Part shown: positions 1 to 9,570 of the stretch, piece by piece
How positions within the stretch are numbered: the first letter of the stretch is position 1
Layout of the letters: each line of letters starts with the position of its first letter
Origin: an uncultured Rhodospirillaceae bacterium
GTDB taxonomy: Bacteria > Pseudomonadota > Alphaproteobacteria > UBA7887
DNA: 64,000 nucleotides
Direction of reading: 5' to 3'
Assembly: GCA_964515905.1 (NCBI GenBank)
Contig: CAZEWK010000086.1
Coordinates: 66,265-130,264, forward strand
Position numbers and translations under genes: made by a program
The notes under the pieces: model-generated
The model's input: only the letters and a program-made list of their open reading frames with translations
Databases searched by the model: none
Told to the model about the DNA's origin: nothing

Positions 1-315
1 TTCAACCAAATCCCGGATTATGGATTCTACGTCTCTTCCTACATAACCGACTTCCGTAAATTTGGTAGCTTCAACTTTTATAAAGGGAGCCTGAGCCAGC
101 CGGGCTACTCGTCTCGCTATTTCGGTTTTCCCCACGCCAGTTGGCCCAATCATAAGAATATTCTTTGGAAGAACTTCTTCCCGTAGATCATCCGGAAGTT
201 GTTGCCGCCGCCACCGGTTCCGTAAGGCGATTGCTACAGCCCTTTTTGCTTCGCTTTGGCCCACTATAAACCTGTCGAGTTCTGAAACAATTTCGCGAGG
301 AGTGAAAGCGGTCAT
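1..315 (-). CDS. hslU: ATP-dependent protease ATPase subunit HslU, N-terminal part; continues beyond the window edge
   Basis: The reverse-strand translation starts [37 protein letters not shown]...[14 protein letters not shown], which is the HslU N-terminus with its Walker A motif. The start ATG (complement of 313-315) overlaps the hslV stop in an ATGA arrangement. Confidence 0.9.
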   Translation of the reverse strand, partial: MTAFTPREIVSELDRFIVGQSEAKRAVAIALRNRWRRQQLPDDLREEVLPKNILMIGPTGVGKTEIARRVARLAQAPFIKVEATKFTEVGYVGRDVESIIRDLVE

Positions 316-857
316 GAGCAGCCCGCATGTGATTCTATTGTTTCCACAATTACGTTCTCATTGGTGTAAACACATATGTTGGCAGCAATTTTCATGGCTT
401 TTCTTGCTATTGTTTCGGCATCTAGCCCATCAACATCAATTAATGCACGGGCAGCTGAGAGAGCATATGCTCCGCCGGAACCAAGACCGATTAAACCGTC
501 TTCAGGTTCTAATACATCTCCATTTCCAGACAACAACAGAGAAGTGTCAATGTCAGATACAGCCATCATTGCTTCGAGCCTCCGTAAGTAACGATCCGTC
601 CGCCAATCTTTTGCTAATTCGACACAGGCCCTCGTCAATTGTGCTGGATACTGTTCTAATTTACCCTCAAGCCTTTCAAACAACGTAAACGCGTCTGCTG
701 TGGCGCCAGCAAACCCGGCTACGATAGTCCCATCTCCAATCCGACGCACTTTTCGAGCGTTGGCTTTAATGACAGTATCACCGAAGCTTACCTGCCCATC
801 TCCCGCCATCGCCAAGACGCCATTTTTCCGCACTGAAAGAATTGTTGTCGCGTGCAT
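312..857 (-). CDS. hslV: ATP-dependent protease subunit HslV
   Basis: The ORF track protein (312..881, minus) contains [10 protein letters not shown]...[21 protein letters not shown], which is the HslV N-terminal Thr protease motif. The internal Met before TTIL (at 857) is the likely start; the ORF-track Met at 881 is a possible alternative. Confidence 0.9.
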   Translation of the reverse strand: MHATTILSVRKNGVLAMAGDGQVSFGDTVIKANARKVRRIGDGTIVAGFAGATADAFTLFERLEGKLEQYPAQLTRACVELAKDWRTDRYLRRLEAMMAVSDIDTSLLLSGNGDVLEPEDGLIGLGSGGAYALSAARALIDVDGLDAETIARKAMKIAANICVYTNENVIVETIESHAGCS

Positions 858-1124
858 ATTTTTAAAGTTCTTGGGGTTCAATCCTGTATGCCTCGAAATT
901 ATTAATGCTAATATAGTATAAGCATAGCCTTATAACTTGGTGTTAGTGTTGCCAACGTCAAGAACTAAACTTTTTAGTAATTGAGAAAGATATTAGTGGA
1001 CTGGAGGGTTTAAACTGAGCTTTACCTCAAACCACTGATAAATTACGATTATCGAGATTGGCTGGCCTCAAGGCGAGGTTCTTGCTAAAACTATTACAGT
1101 GCCACGATATTTACAGGAAATGCA

Positions 1125-1739
1125 ATGCGGCAGGCTAATATAGAACGCAGCACCAAAGAAACTGAGGTCACGGTCACTGTCAACCTTGACGGTCAAGGCA
1201 AATATGACATTAAAACCGGCATCGGGTTTTTGGATCATATGTTGGAACAGCTTTCACGCCACAGCCTAATAGATTTGACGGTAAGGGCCAGAGGCGACCT
1301 GCATATTGATTACCACCATACGACGGAAGATACAGGTATCGCAATCGGTCAAGCCATCAACAAGGCGTTGAAAGATCGACGCGGGATAGTTCGATATGGG
1401 TCAGCTTTAATCCCGATGGATGAGACATTAACGCAAGTGGCCTTAGATTTGTCCAATCGCCCCTATTTAATCTGGAAGGTTAAATTCACTAAACCAAAAT
1501 TAGGAGAAATGGATACCGAGCTGTTTAAGGAATGGTTCCAAGCTTTTTCTCAAGCTTGTGGCGCAACCTTGCACATCCAGAATTTGTATGGTGAGAACGC
1601 CCATCACATAGTGGAATCATGTTTCAAAGGACTAGCAAGAACTCTGCGTGATGCGGCAACTTTGGATATTAGAGCTAGTACATCAATGCCGTCTACTAAA
1701 GGCACTTTGGGGGACTCCTCAGTACCTCAGACGGAGTAG
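1125..1739 (+). CDS. hisB: imidazoleglycerol-phosphate dehydratase
   Basis: 204 aa with the motifs STKETEVTV...GFLDHML...[12 protein letters not shown]...NAHHIVES. This is the first gene of the his cluster. Confidence 0.93.
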   Translation: MRQANIERSTKETEVTVTVNLDGQGKYDIKTGIGFLDHMLEQLSRHSLIDLTVRARGDLHIDYHHTTEDTGIAIGQAINKALKDRRGIVRYGSALIPMDETLTQVALDLSNRPYLIWKVKFTKPKLGEMDTELFKEWFQAFSQACGATLHIQNLYGENAHHIVESCFKGLARTLRDAATLDIRASTSMPSTKGTLGDSSVPQTE

Positions 1740-2144
1740 TTGAGCCCTGTGCGTATATACACAGTCCATCTTCGGAAAGATGAATCGGACTTTAACTTGA
1801 TATTGGTTAAGGAGGGTTTTTGTTGGGCTGCATTCTTTTTTGACTTTTTTTGGGCACTTTATTATCGAGCATGGTCCATAAGCTTAATATTAGTTATGGG
1901 TGTATTTGTGTTTATTTGGATGTGGTATTTAGGTTGGTTGACCCAATCGCTCTTTTTTCTGTTTCTAACTGGTTGGCGTTGTTTTGTTGGTTGTCACGGG
2001 AATGATGCTAGGCGCGCTGTGTTAAAACAACAGGGTTTTGTTGAAACCTCTATTGTGTCTGGTCATAACGAGACATCCGCAATGCGCCGCTTTCTTGATA
2101 TGGGGGATTTGCAAATTAGCAAACAATTGAAAGAAATTGGATGA
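1740..2144 (+). CDS. small membrane protein, DUF2628-like, embedded in the his operon
   Basis: 134 aa with hydrophobic segments (EGFCWAAFFFDFFWALYYRAW...). It occupies the hisB-hisH junction, where alphaproteobacterial his operons usually carry a DUF2628 gene. The start codon (TTG at 1740) is uncertain. Confidence 0.55.
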   Translation: MSPVRIYTVHLRKDESDFNLILVKEGFCWAAFFFDFFWALYYRAWSISLILVMGVFVFIWMWYLGWLTQSLFFLFLTGWRCFVGCHGNDARRAVLKQQGFVETSIVSGHNETSAMRRFLDMGDLQISKQLKEIG

Positions 2145-2776
2145 TGATAGCTATAGTCGATTATGGTTCAGGGAATTTGAGGTCAGCTGCTAAGGCATTT
2201 GAGAAGGCTGCTAGCGAAGTTTCTATTGCTTCTCGTGTTTTGGTAACAGACAGAGCTGAGGAGATTCTTCAGGCAGATTATATTGTATTACCGGGTGTCG
2301 GGTCGTTTGGAGATTGTTTAGCTGGGTTAAATAGTTTGCACGGGGTTCGCGCCGCCATGCAAGAAGCCGTAATAGTAAAAGGTAAGCCATTTATGGGAAT
2401 TTGTGTGGGAATGCAGTTAATGGCTACGAAGGGCACGGAAAATGGCTATCACCTTGGCCTTGATTGGATTAAAGGTGAAGTTATAGCGCTTTCCAAGCCA
2501 GAATTAAAAGTACCACACATGGGTTGGAACGAATTGAGAATACGAACAAATCATCCGGTGCTCGATGATTTTGTCGATGGGAAAGACGTCTACTTTGTTC
2601 ACAGCTATCACTTAACATGTGAGAATGAGGGAGAGATGCTTGCCGATACCGATTATGGGGGGACAGTCTGCGCAGTGGTTGGACGTGAAAATATGATTGG
2701 CACACAATTTCACCCAGAAAAAAGCCAAGCAGTAGGTTTAAAATTCATATCTAATTTTCTTTCTTGGCGGCCCTAA
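2141..2776 (+). CDS. hisH: imidazole glycerol phosphate synthase, glutamine amidotransferase subunit
   Basis: 211 aa starting MMIAIVDYGSGNLRS, with the catalytic Cys in GICVGMQLM and the QFHPEKS motif. It overlaps the upstream ORF by 4 nt. Confidence 0.93.
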   Translation: MMIAIVDYGSGNLRSAAKAFEKAASEVSIASRVLVTDRAEEILQADYIVLPGVGSFGDCLAGLNSLHGVRAAMQEAVIVKGKPFMGICVGMQLMATKGTENGYHLGLDWIKGEVIALSKPELKVPHMGWNELRIRTNHPVLDDFVDGKDVYFVHSYHLTCENEGEMLADTDYGGTVCAVVGRENMIGTQFHPEKSQAVGLKFISNFLSWRP

Positions 2777-3294
2777 TGCCTGAGTTGTCTGTTACACTTG
2801 CTACGGAATTGACCCGAGGTGATTTAATAGATTTGTGTGAGGCTACGGACTCGGCAATTCGTGACGGAATAGGATTCGGCTGGGTTCGTCCGCCTTCGCT
2901 CCAAAGATTAGAGGCCTACTGGAAGGGTGTCTTGGTGGTACCTGAACGGGAACTGTTCATTGGTCGGGTAGACGGCACAGTCGCTGGTTCAGTGCAACTA
3001 CTAAAACCCCCACCAAATTTCGAAGCCGGTATTTTTTCTGCTTCGATAGATACGCATTTTGTGGCGCCTTGGGGAAGAGGGCATGGTCTTGCAAAGTTGC
3101 TGCTTGAGGCTGCAGAAAAGGGTGCACGTGGTGCTGGCTTATCAGTTATTCGTTTAGATGTTAGAGAATCTCAAGAACGTGCTATTGCCTTGTATGAACG
3201 GTCTAATTACCAAAGATGGGGGACGCTAAATAAATATCATATGGTGAATGGAGAATTAATTGCAGGATATTTTTATGTCAAAGATTTGGTTTAA
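2776..3294 (+). CDS. GNAT family N-acetyltransferase
   Basis: About 172 aa from an ATG that overlaps the hisH stop (TAATG). The acetyl-CoA binding region reads GRGHGLAKLLLEAAEKGARGAG. It sits between hisH and hisA. Confidence 0.7.
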   Translation: MPELSVTLATELTRGDLIDLCEATDSAIRDGIGFGWVRPPSLQRLEAYWKGVLVVPERELFIGRVDGTVAGSVQLLKPPPNFEAGIFSASIDTHFVAPWGRGHGLAKLLLEAAEKGARGAGLSVIRLDVRESQERAIALYERSNYQRWGTLNKYHMVNGELIAGYFYVKDLV

Positions 3295-3303
3295 TTTCGG
3301 TCA

Positions 3304-4029
3304 ATGATTTTATTTCCAGCGATTGACCTGAAGGATGGCCACTGCGTTCGCCTTTTTCAGGGAGATATGGCTAAAGCTACGGTTTTTTCAATAGACCCAG
3401 TGTCTCAGGCAACTATGTTTGAATCCGCGGGTTTTGAATGGTTGCATCTCGTCGACTTAAACGGTGCAATTGAGGGGCAATCAGTTAATGGACACGTGGT
3501 GGAAAAGATTGTTGCGTCGTCCGATATTAAAATTCAGTTGGGTGGTGGGATTAGGAATATCGATGCTATTGAGAAATGGCTAACAATTGGTGTGAACCGT
3601 GTGATCTTAGGAACGGCAGCCTTATATGATCCAGAGTTAGTTAAAGGAGCGTGTAAGAACTTTGCGGGACGTATATGCGTGGGGATAGATGGGCGTAATG
3701 GTCGTGTGGCAGTTAACGGTTGGGTTGAGCAATCGGATATATCCGTCCTAGAGGTTAGTCAGAGATTTGAGGAAGTTGGTGTGTCTGCAATTATCTATAC
3801 TGATATTAGTCGTGATGGAGCTATGAAGGGCGTAAACATTGCGGCTACACACGCGCTCGCTCAAGAACTTTCGACCCCCTTAATCGCTTCTGGTGGTGTT
3901 GCGACATTAGAAGACCTAGAAAAAGTGAAAAGTCTTGAGAAGGACGGTGTGGTAGGTGTAATCGCTGGACGAGCTTTTTATGAGGGTAATTTAAATATGT
4001 CTAAGGCACTTAAAATAATAAGATCATAA
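3304..4029 (+). CDS. hisA: 1-(5-phosphoribosyl)-5-[(5-phosphoribosylamino)methylideneamino]imidazole-4-carboxamide isomerase
   Basis: 241 aa starting [17 protein letters not shown], with the motif GGGIRNID. Confidence 0.93.
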   Translation: MILFPAIDLKDGHCVRLFQGDMAKATVFSIDPVSQATMFESAGFEWLHLVDLNGAIEGQSVNGHVVEKIVASSDIKIQLGGGIRNIDAIEKWLTIGVNRVILGTAALYDPELVKGACKNFAGRICVGIDGRNGRVAVNGWVEQSDISVLEVSQRFEEVGVSAIIYTDISRDGAMKGVNIAATHALAQELSTPLIASGGVATLEDLEKVKSLEKDGVVGVIAGRAFYEGNLNMSKALKIIRS

Positions 4030-4033
4030 GACA

Positions 4034-4792
4034 ATGCTAAAAACTCGGATTATACCTTGTCTTGACGTTAACGCAGGCCGTGTCGTTAAAGGTGTCAACT
4101 TTATTAATTTAATTGATGCAGGCGATCCAATAGAACAGGCTCGCATTTATGATGCAGCCGGTGCGGACGAGCTATGTTTTCTTGATATCACTGCTTCTAG
4201 CGACAATAGGCGCATCATTCTTGACGTGGTATCACGAACAGCCGAGAAATGTTTTATGCCGCTAACTGTCGGTGGTGGGGTCAGAAGTCTAGAAGACATA
4301 AGGGAACTTTTACTAGCGGGGGCAGATAAAGTTTCTATCAACACTGCAGCGGTTAGGGAACCCACTTTAGTAGCTGAGGCATCTGAAAAGTTTGGTGCGC
4401 AATGCATTGTTGTCGCCATTGATGCGAAAACTATTCAGCGAGATAGGTGGCAGGTGTACACTCACGGTGGAAGAGAGCCAACTGGTCTAGATGTTCTTGA
4501 GTGGGCAGATCAGATGGTGGAACAGGGAGCAGGAGAAATATTATTAACCTCAATGGACCGTGACGGAACCAAAGATGGATTTGATTTAGCTCTTACCAGA
4601 GCTGTTTCGGACTTGGTCTCCGTACCCGTTATAGCTTCTGGTGGTGCCGGTAATCTGGATCATTTGGTCGAAGCAGCACGAGACGCGCACGCAAGTGCTG
4701 TTTTGGCTGCATCTATTTTCCATTTTGGAACCTATTCAATAGGGGAGGCAAAAGAACATATGAATGGGGCGGGGCTATCTGTGCGTTTGTGA
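4034..4792 (+). CDS. hisF: imidazole glycerol phosphate synthase, cyclase subunit
   Basis: 252 aa starting [23 protein letters not shown], with the motif SGGAG. Confidence 0.93.
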   Translation: MLKTRIIPCLDVNAGRVVKGVNFINLIDAGDPIEQARIYDAAGADELCFLDITASSDNRRIILDVVSRTAEKCFMPLTVGGGVRSLEDIRELLLAGADKVSINTAAVREPTLVAEASEKFGAQCIVVAIDAKTIQRDRWQVYTHGGREPTGLDVLEWADQMVEQGAGEILLTSMDRDGTKDGFDLALTRAVSDLVSVPVIASGGAGNLDHLVEAARDAHASAVLAASIFHFGTYSIGEAKEHMNGAGLSVRL

Positions 4793-4810
4793 ATCAAATG
4801 ATTATAAGAA

Positions 4811-4845
4811 AGAGGGCGCGCATGCCTCTTGTATACTTTTGCTGA
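4811..4845 (+). terminator. candidate weak stem-loop with T-tract after hisF
   Basis: AGAGGGC-gcgcat-GCCTCT forms a 6-7 bp stem with one bulge, followed by TGTATACTTTTGCT. It lies within the 130-nt gap between hisF and hisI, so it could be an attenuator or partial terminator. Confidence 0.25.
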
Positions 4846-4921
4846 GAAGAGAGAGAAGAGAAAGAGGATGTTAACTCTGATTTTGTCTGAATACCAAGAC
4901 AAGTAGTACTGAGAGACTTTT

Positions 4922-5305
4922 ATGCACAATAAACTTCTAGACACTATAAAATTCAGTGAAGATGGTTTAATTCCAGTCATTGCCCAACAATATGATTCCA
5001 AAGAAATTTTAATGTTGGCTTGGATGAATAGGGATGCTGTTTGTGAGACCCTTAAAACAGGTTGTCTTCACTATTTTTCGCGAAGCCGTAATCAATTGTG
5101 GCAAAAAGGCGAGAAGTCGGGCCAAACCCAAGAACTAGTGGAACTTTGTTTGGACTGTGACAGCGACTCATTGCTGGCTTTGGTCAATCAAAGGGGGGTA
5201 GCTTGTCATACTGGGAGACGGAGCTGCTTTTTTATGTCTGTTACCCTGGAAGGGTTTTCAGAGAAACGCAAAGTACTTGTGGAACCGGAGCAGTTGTATG
5301 GTTGA
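4922..5305 (+). CDS. hisI: phosphoribosyl-AMP cyclohydrolase
   Basis: 127 aa with the motifs IPVIAQQYDSKEILMLAWMNRDA and GVACHTGRRSCFF. Confidence 0.9.
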   Translation: MHNKLLDTIKFSEDGLIPVIAQQYDSKEILMLAWMNRDAVCETLKTGCLHYFSRSRNQLWQKGEKSGQTQELVELCLDCDSDSLLALVNQRGVACHTGRRSCFFMSVTLEGFSEKRKVLVEPEQLYG

Positions 5306-5630
5306 AATAGATCCGGATATCTTGGACCGTCTTTTTTCAATCATTAAGAAACGTAAGGGGGCGGATCCGGAGCAGTCCTACGTTGCCCGGCAGTTTGAAT
5401 CAGGTACGACTCGGATTGCGCAAAAAGTAGGTGAGGAGGCAATAGAAACAGCTCTAGCAGCCGTTAACCAAGACCGAGACGAAGTAATATTGGAAAGTGC
5501 TGACCTTTTGTTTCACTTGATGATGCTGTGGGCTGATAGCGACGTGGAACCTGCTGATATTTATAAAGAATTGGTACGTCGTGAAGGTATATCTGGGCTC
5601 GATGCTAAAAGGGTAGGGAAAGGCCAATAG
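5298..5630 (+). CDS. hisE: phosphoribosyl-ATP pyrophosphatase
   Basis: In-frame ATG at 5298 (ORF track begins 5277), giving MVEIDPDILDRLFSIIKKRKGADPEQSYVARQFESG...LLFHLMMLW. It overlaps the hisI stop by 8 nt. Confidence 0.9.
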   Translation: MVEIDPDILDRLFSIIKKRKGADPEQSYVARQFESGTTRIAQKVGEEAIETALAAVNQDRDEVILESADLLFHLMMLWADSDVEPADIYKELVRREGISGLDAKRVGKGQ

Positions 5631-5679
5631 GTTGATCGCCTACCGTCGGTAATTTGCTATCACTATGTGAGTATAATCT

Positions 5680-6039
5680 ATGACGTATGATATCGAAAAT
5701 ATTTTCGCTCGTATTTTAAGAGGAGAGATTACGGCCGAGAAGATTTACGAGGATGAACATGTGTTAGCTTTCAACGATATTGCCCAACTAGCCCCAGTTC
5801 ATGTGCTAGTAATTCCCAAGAAGCCCTATAAGTCGATCGACGATTTTGCAGAGCAGGCAAGCGACATTGAGATTGCTTGTTATATGCGTGCAATTGGGTT
5901 GGTTGCGAAGAAGTTAGGAGTTTCGAAGACAGGATACCGTGTGGTATCAAACTGTGGCCCAGATGCAAATCAGGAAGTAATGCACTTTCATTCCCATATA
6001 TTTGGAGGGCGTAAGCTCGGTGGTGGAAGGTCTACTTAA
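5680..6039 (+). CDS. HIT family (histidine triad) hydrolase
   Basis: 119 aa with the HIT motif HFHSHIFGG. Confidence 0.8.
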   Translation: MTYDIENIFARILRGEITAEKIYEDEHVLAFNDIAQLAPVHVLVIPKKPYKSIDDFAEQASDIEIACYMRAIGLVAKKLGVSKTGYRVVSNCGPDANQEVMHFHSHIFGGRKLGGGRST

Positions 6040-6135
6040 CTACTATATCTTGGTTCAATCATTCATCTACTCTATGGTCAACAAAGTTGACTCGTAATAA
6101 TTTCGATATCAACGAAATAAGGCGACAACAAGATA

Positions 6136-6933
6136 ATGGCTCAAAGACTTAGTGGAAAAGTTGCAATTGTAACCGGGGCCGGCGCTTCTGGTCCAGGCTG
6201 GGGTAACGGGAAGGCTTGCTCCGTTAGATTTGCGCGCGAGGGCGCTCATGTTTTTGCAGTTGATGTGGATGAGAACGCTGTGAGTGAGACAGCAGACATT
6301 ATTCGCAGTGAGGGAGGTTCCTGCTTTGCTCATCTTGCCGATGTAACAAATAGTGATGAGGTCGCGGATTTTGTTAAAATTTGCGAAGACCGCTGGGGCC
6401 GAATTGATATATTGCATAACAACGTTGGTATTGTGGAACCAGGAAGTCCAGAAGATATTACAGAAGCAAACTGGGACCGGCTGATAGATGTCAACGTGAA
6501 AAGTATGTATTTAACGTCGAAATATGTATTGCCACATATGGTACGTGCAAAAGGTGGCACTATTATCAATGTTTCGTCGATAGCATCGTTCTACTCTCTT
6601 GGATATGCTTGTGTTTCCTACTCTGCTTCAAAAGGGGCAGTTAACGCTCTGACACGCAATATCGCGACGGAGTACGCGAAGCATAAAATTCGATGCAATG
6701 CTATATTACCGGGACTCATGGACACGCCCCTTATAAGAGGTGCGGTTTCTGGAGCCTATAAAGATGTGGACTCAATGGTGGCTGAACGAAACGCGATATG
6801 CCCTATGGGGGAAATGGGAACCGCATGGGATGTTGCCAATGCTGCAGTTTTTTTAGCGTCAGACGAATCATCTTATGTTACGGGTATAGAATTAATTGTG
6901 GATGGAGGCCTGACACTTACAATGAGTCCATAA
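6136..6933 (+). CDS. SDR family NAD(P)-dependent oxidoreductase
   Basis: 265 aa with the N-terminal glycine-rich motif GKVAIVTGAGASG and the catalytic YSASK (YxxxK) motif. Confidence 0.85.
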   Translation: MAQRLSGKVAIVTGAGASGPGWGNGKACSVRFAREGAHVFAVDVDENAVSETADIIRSEGGSCFAHLADVTNSDEVADFVKICEDRWGRIDILHNNVGIVEPGSPEDITEANWDRLIDVNVKSMYLTSKYVLPHMVRAKGGTIINVSSIASFYSLGYACVSYSASKGAVNALTRNIATEYAKHKIRCNAILPGLMDTPLIRGAVSGAYKDVDSMVAERNAICPMGEMGTAWDVANAAVFLASDESSYVTGIELIVDGGLTLTMSP

Positions 6934-6958
6934 CGTTGTTTCGTTCACGGTCTTTAAT

Positions 6959-7900
6959 TTATTCACAATATGCTTCAACGGCTTCCCAAAGTGGGGTCGA
7001 TAAAGAAATACCGGTAAAACGCTTATATTCTTGAATGCCGGTTGGGGATGTAACATTAATCTCTGTGAGATATCCTCCGATCACATCAATGCCAACAAAG
7101 ATAAGTCCTTCTTTTTTTAAGGTTGGACCAATAGTCGTGCAAATAGATTGTTCATGATCAGTGACCTCAGTAGCTTCCGCTTTCGCACCCACATGCATAT
7201 TGGCTCGTGCTTCTCCGGCTGGGGGAATGCGATTGATTGCGCCCACGGGTTCTCCATTTATCAATATAATCCGTTTATCGCCTGTGCGTACTTCAGGAAG
7301 GTACTTTTGTGCTACTAAGGGTTCATCTGAAATAGAAGCAAATATTTCTAGCAGAGCACTCAAGTTTTCATCATCCGGAGTAACGTGAAATACTCCAGCA
7401 CCCCCGTTGCCAAACAGTGGTTTTAATATTATGTCATGATGCCGAGCCCGAAACTGTTCGATGGCGGGTCGATGAGAACTGATCAGAGTTGGTGGCATCA
7501 GATCGGGGAATTTAGTAACTAATAGTTTTTCTGGTGAATTTCGAACTGCAATAGGATTATTAACCACCAATGTCTTAGGGTGGATGTGTTCTAATAAATG
7601 TGTGGCCGTAATGTATGCCATATTGAAAGGAGGGTCCTGGCGCATGAGAACCACATCTACTTCGGACAAATTCAATATCTCATAATCCCCTAGTGAATAA
7701 TGATCCCCTTGTATATTGCGTACCTTCAATGATCGGCCAGTAGCAATCAGGCTGCCTGACTCTAAGGACAAAGCGCCAGGCAAATAGTGGTACAATTTGT
7801 GTCCTCGATTTTGACCCTCTAGAGCAATCGCAAAAGTAGTATCTGCATTAATGTCTATGTTCTCTATGGGGTCCATTTGGATTGCGACTGTCAGCCTCAT
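6959..7900 (-). CDS. gshB: glutathione synthetase
   Basis: Prokaryotic GSH synthetase with N-terminal and ATP-grasp domains (MRLTVAIQMDPIENIDINADTTFAIALE...KPLFGNGGAGVF...). The internal Met at 7900 is the likely start; the ORF-track Met at 7915 is a possible alternative. Confidence 0.9.
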   Translation of the reverse strand: MRLTVAIQMDPIENIDINADTTFAIALEGQNRGHKLYHYLPGALSLESGSLIATGRSLKVRNIQGDHYSLGDYEILNLSEVDVVLMRQDPPFNMAYITATHLLEHIHPKTLVVNNPIAVRNSPEKLLVTKFPDLMPPTLISSHRPAIEQFRARHHDIILKPLFGNGGAGVFHVTPDDENLSALLEIFASISDEPLVAQKYLPEVRTGDKRIILINGEPVGAINRIPPAGEARANMHVGAKAEATEVTDHEQSICTTIGPTLKKEGLIFVGIDVIGGYLTEINVTSPTGIQEYKRFTGISLSTPLWEAVEAYCE

Positions 7901-7933
7901 AATACACTCCAACACTGTATTGATACGCTGCCG

Positions 7934-8569
7934 CTATTCGTTACGGCGAGGATCTTGTACGAGCAAGACGTAATTAATTAAATGACGGACATAACGAACA
8001 GAGCGCGCGTGCTCAATGACGCGGTCAAGTTCCACATCGGTTTGAGCCACTCCTATAAGATAAATTGTCCGATTGTAGGCAGCTATTTTGTAGTTTATGC
8101 CTAATATGTTTTGATCACTAATGATTTTGCTTCGGAGAGTTAGCGCTATCAGTTTGTCTCTGACGGGGTTGACTGTATTGGTGTCTTTAAGCAGTTCCAC
8201 TTCATTGAGGACTTCCTTTACACCATCGATCCCCCACACTATCTCGTTAACTTGATCCCTCAGTTCCTCGGAATCCAAACGCCCGGTAAGCAGAATCCTA
8301 CCCTCGAAAACCGTAATTGAAACAGTCCAAAATAAATTCTCAAAAGAGCTTTCTAGCAAACGTTTATTTACTTCGAGTTTTAGGGCTGTATCACTTATGA
8401 CGTTTCGCACAGACCGTTCTTCAGCAATAGCAATTCCTGCTCTCGCGCTAGCACCAATGGCAGTACCAACTGGTGTACATGAACAAATCAAGGGTCCTGA
8501 TATTAGACCTAACAGCAAAAGACCAAGCCGGTGATCTGTCCAGAAGAGATTTTTGGTGAAATACTTCAT
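7934..8569 (-). CDS. two-BON-domain lipoprotein, DolP/YraP-like
   Basis: 211 aa with a signal peptide and lipobox (LICSC), followed by two BON domains. It lies downstream of rsmI, as yraP does in the E. coli yraL-yraP cluster. Confidence 0.65.
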   Translation of the reverse strand: MKYFTKNLFWTDHRLGLLLLGLISGPLICSCTPVGTAIGASARAGIAIAEERSVRNVISDTALKLEVNKRLLESSFENLFWTVSITVFEGRILLTGRLDSEELRDQVNEIVWGIDGVKEVLNEVELLKDTNTVNPVRDKLIALTLRSKIISDQNILGINYKIAAYNRTIYLIGVAQTDVELDRVIEHARSVRYVRHLINYVLLVQDPRRNE

Positions 8570-9570
8570 TTTACTTCTTTCAGCAGCTTGATCGCCCGGT
8601 CGTATATATCTCGTCGGTTACTTCCCGTCAGTTTCGCTACTCTTTTTACCGCATCCCTAGTGCTCATTTCTTTCAAAGCACCCTGAAGTAGTTTATCGGT
8701 GTCCGGATTTGTATTCTCTCCTAAATCCTTTGTTTCACGTTTCGGGGGAGGCCCAATCACAATCGTTAATTCGCCACGTAGCTGAATGCCCGACGCTTGT
8801 TCATTGCTATAGTGGTTAGTTAGTTCATGTACTGAACCTCGCAAAATAGTTTCATGGAGCTTCGTTAATTCCCGCGCAACCACAGCTTTCCTGTTTCCCA
8901 ATGTATAACCTAATGCTTCCAAAGTACTGACAAGTCTTTGGGGACTCTCTAAAAATATCAGACTGCATGGAACTAGTGAAAGTTCTAGCAGCACTTTTTC
9001 GCGAGCTATGGCCCGCGATGGAAGAAAGCCACAGTACACAAACTTATCTGTCGGCAAGCCTGATGATACAAGTGCCGCTATGGGTGCTGAAGCCCCGGGA
9101 ATAGGAATTATTGATATTCCCGCCTTTATGGCTTCGTTCACTAATTTATATCCGGGGTCCGAAATAAGAGGTGTCCCCGCGTCTGAAACTAACGCCACGG
9201 CCCCGCCGGTTTGAATCTTTTTAAGTATACCAGGCCTAACGCGTGTCGCATTATGCTCATGATACGAAATCCGGCGCGTGGTAATTCCGTATCTGGCCAT
9301 TAAAGTCCCCGTATGTCGCGTATCTTCGCAAGCTATAATTTCTGCCTTATCTAGTACCTTAAGTGCTCTTAAGGTGATATCGTCTGCATGTCCGATAGGG
9401 GTGGAAACGATATAAAGACCTGGCGGGAATTTGCCATTAGAAACACCTGCGTTAGTGTGACCCCGTGATCTGGGTATGCGCTTTGCTTTTGAAAGAGGTC
9501 GTGGTGCCGAAGATATTTTCCTCAAGCTTTCCGGATTTCCGCCGTGTCTGCTCTCCGCTCGTCTGGGCAT
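8566..9570 (-). CDS. rsmI: 16S rRNA (cytidine1402-2'-O)-methyltransferase
   Basis: Contains the motifs GLYIVSTPIGHADDITLRALKVL...CEDTRHTG...GTPLISDPG. The start is uncertain: ATG at 9570, or a downstream TTG, or the TTG at 9603. The long upstream ORF would overlap the divergent lpoA-like gene. Confidence 0.85.
   Translation of the reverse strand: MPRRAESRHGGNPESLRKISSAPRPLSKAKRIPRSRGHTNAGVSNGKFPPGLYIVSTPIGHADDITLRALKVLDKAEIIACEDTRHTGTLMARYGITTRRISYHEHNATRVRPGILKKIQTGGAVALVSDAGTPLISDPGYKLVNEAIKAGISIIPIPGASAPIAALVSSGLPTDKFVYCGFLPSRAIAREKVLLELSLVPCSLIFLESPQRLVSTLEALGYTLGNRKAVVARELTKLHETILRGSVHELTNHYSNEQASGIQLRGELTIVIGPPPKRETKDLGENTNPDTDKLLQGALKEMSTRDAVKRVAKLTGSNRRDIYDRAIKLLKEVK

Noticed and set aside
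882-1124. Sigma-32 promoter search upstream of hslV in the divergent hslV/hisB region
   Set aside because: Only loose matches (CTTGACG ... CTTATAC) with wrong spacing. I cannot support a call.
4846-4880. GA-rich purine tract (GAGAAGAGAGAGAAGAGAAAGAGGA) upstream of hisI
   Set aside because: It is a simple purine run in an intergenic spacer and may just be an extended RBS-like region. It has no repeat-unit structure suggestive of CRISPR or a phase-variable tract.
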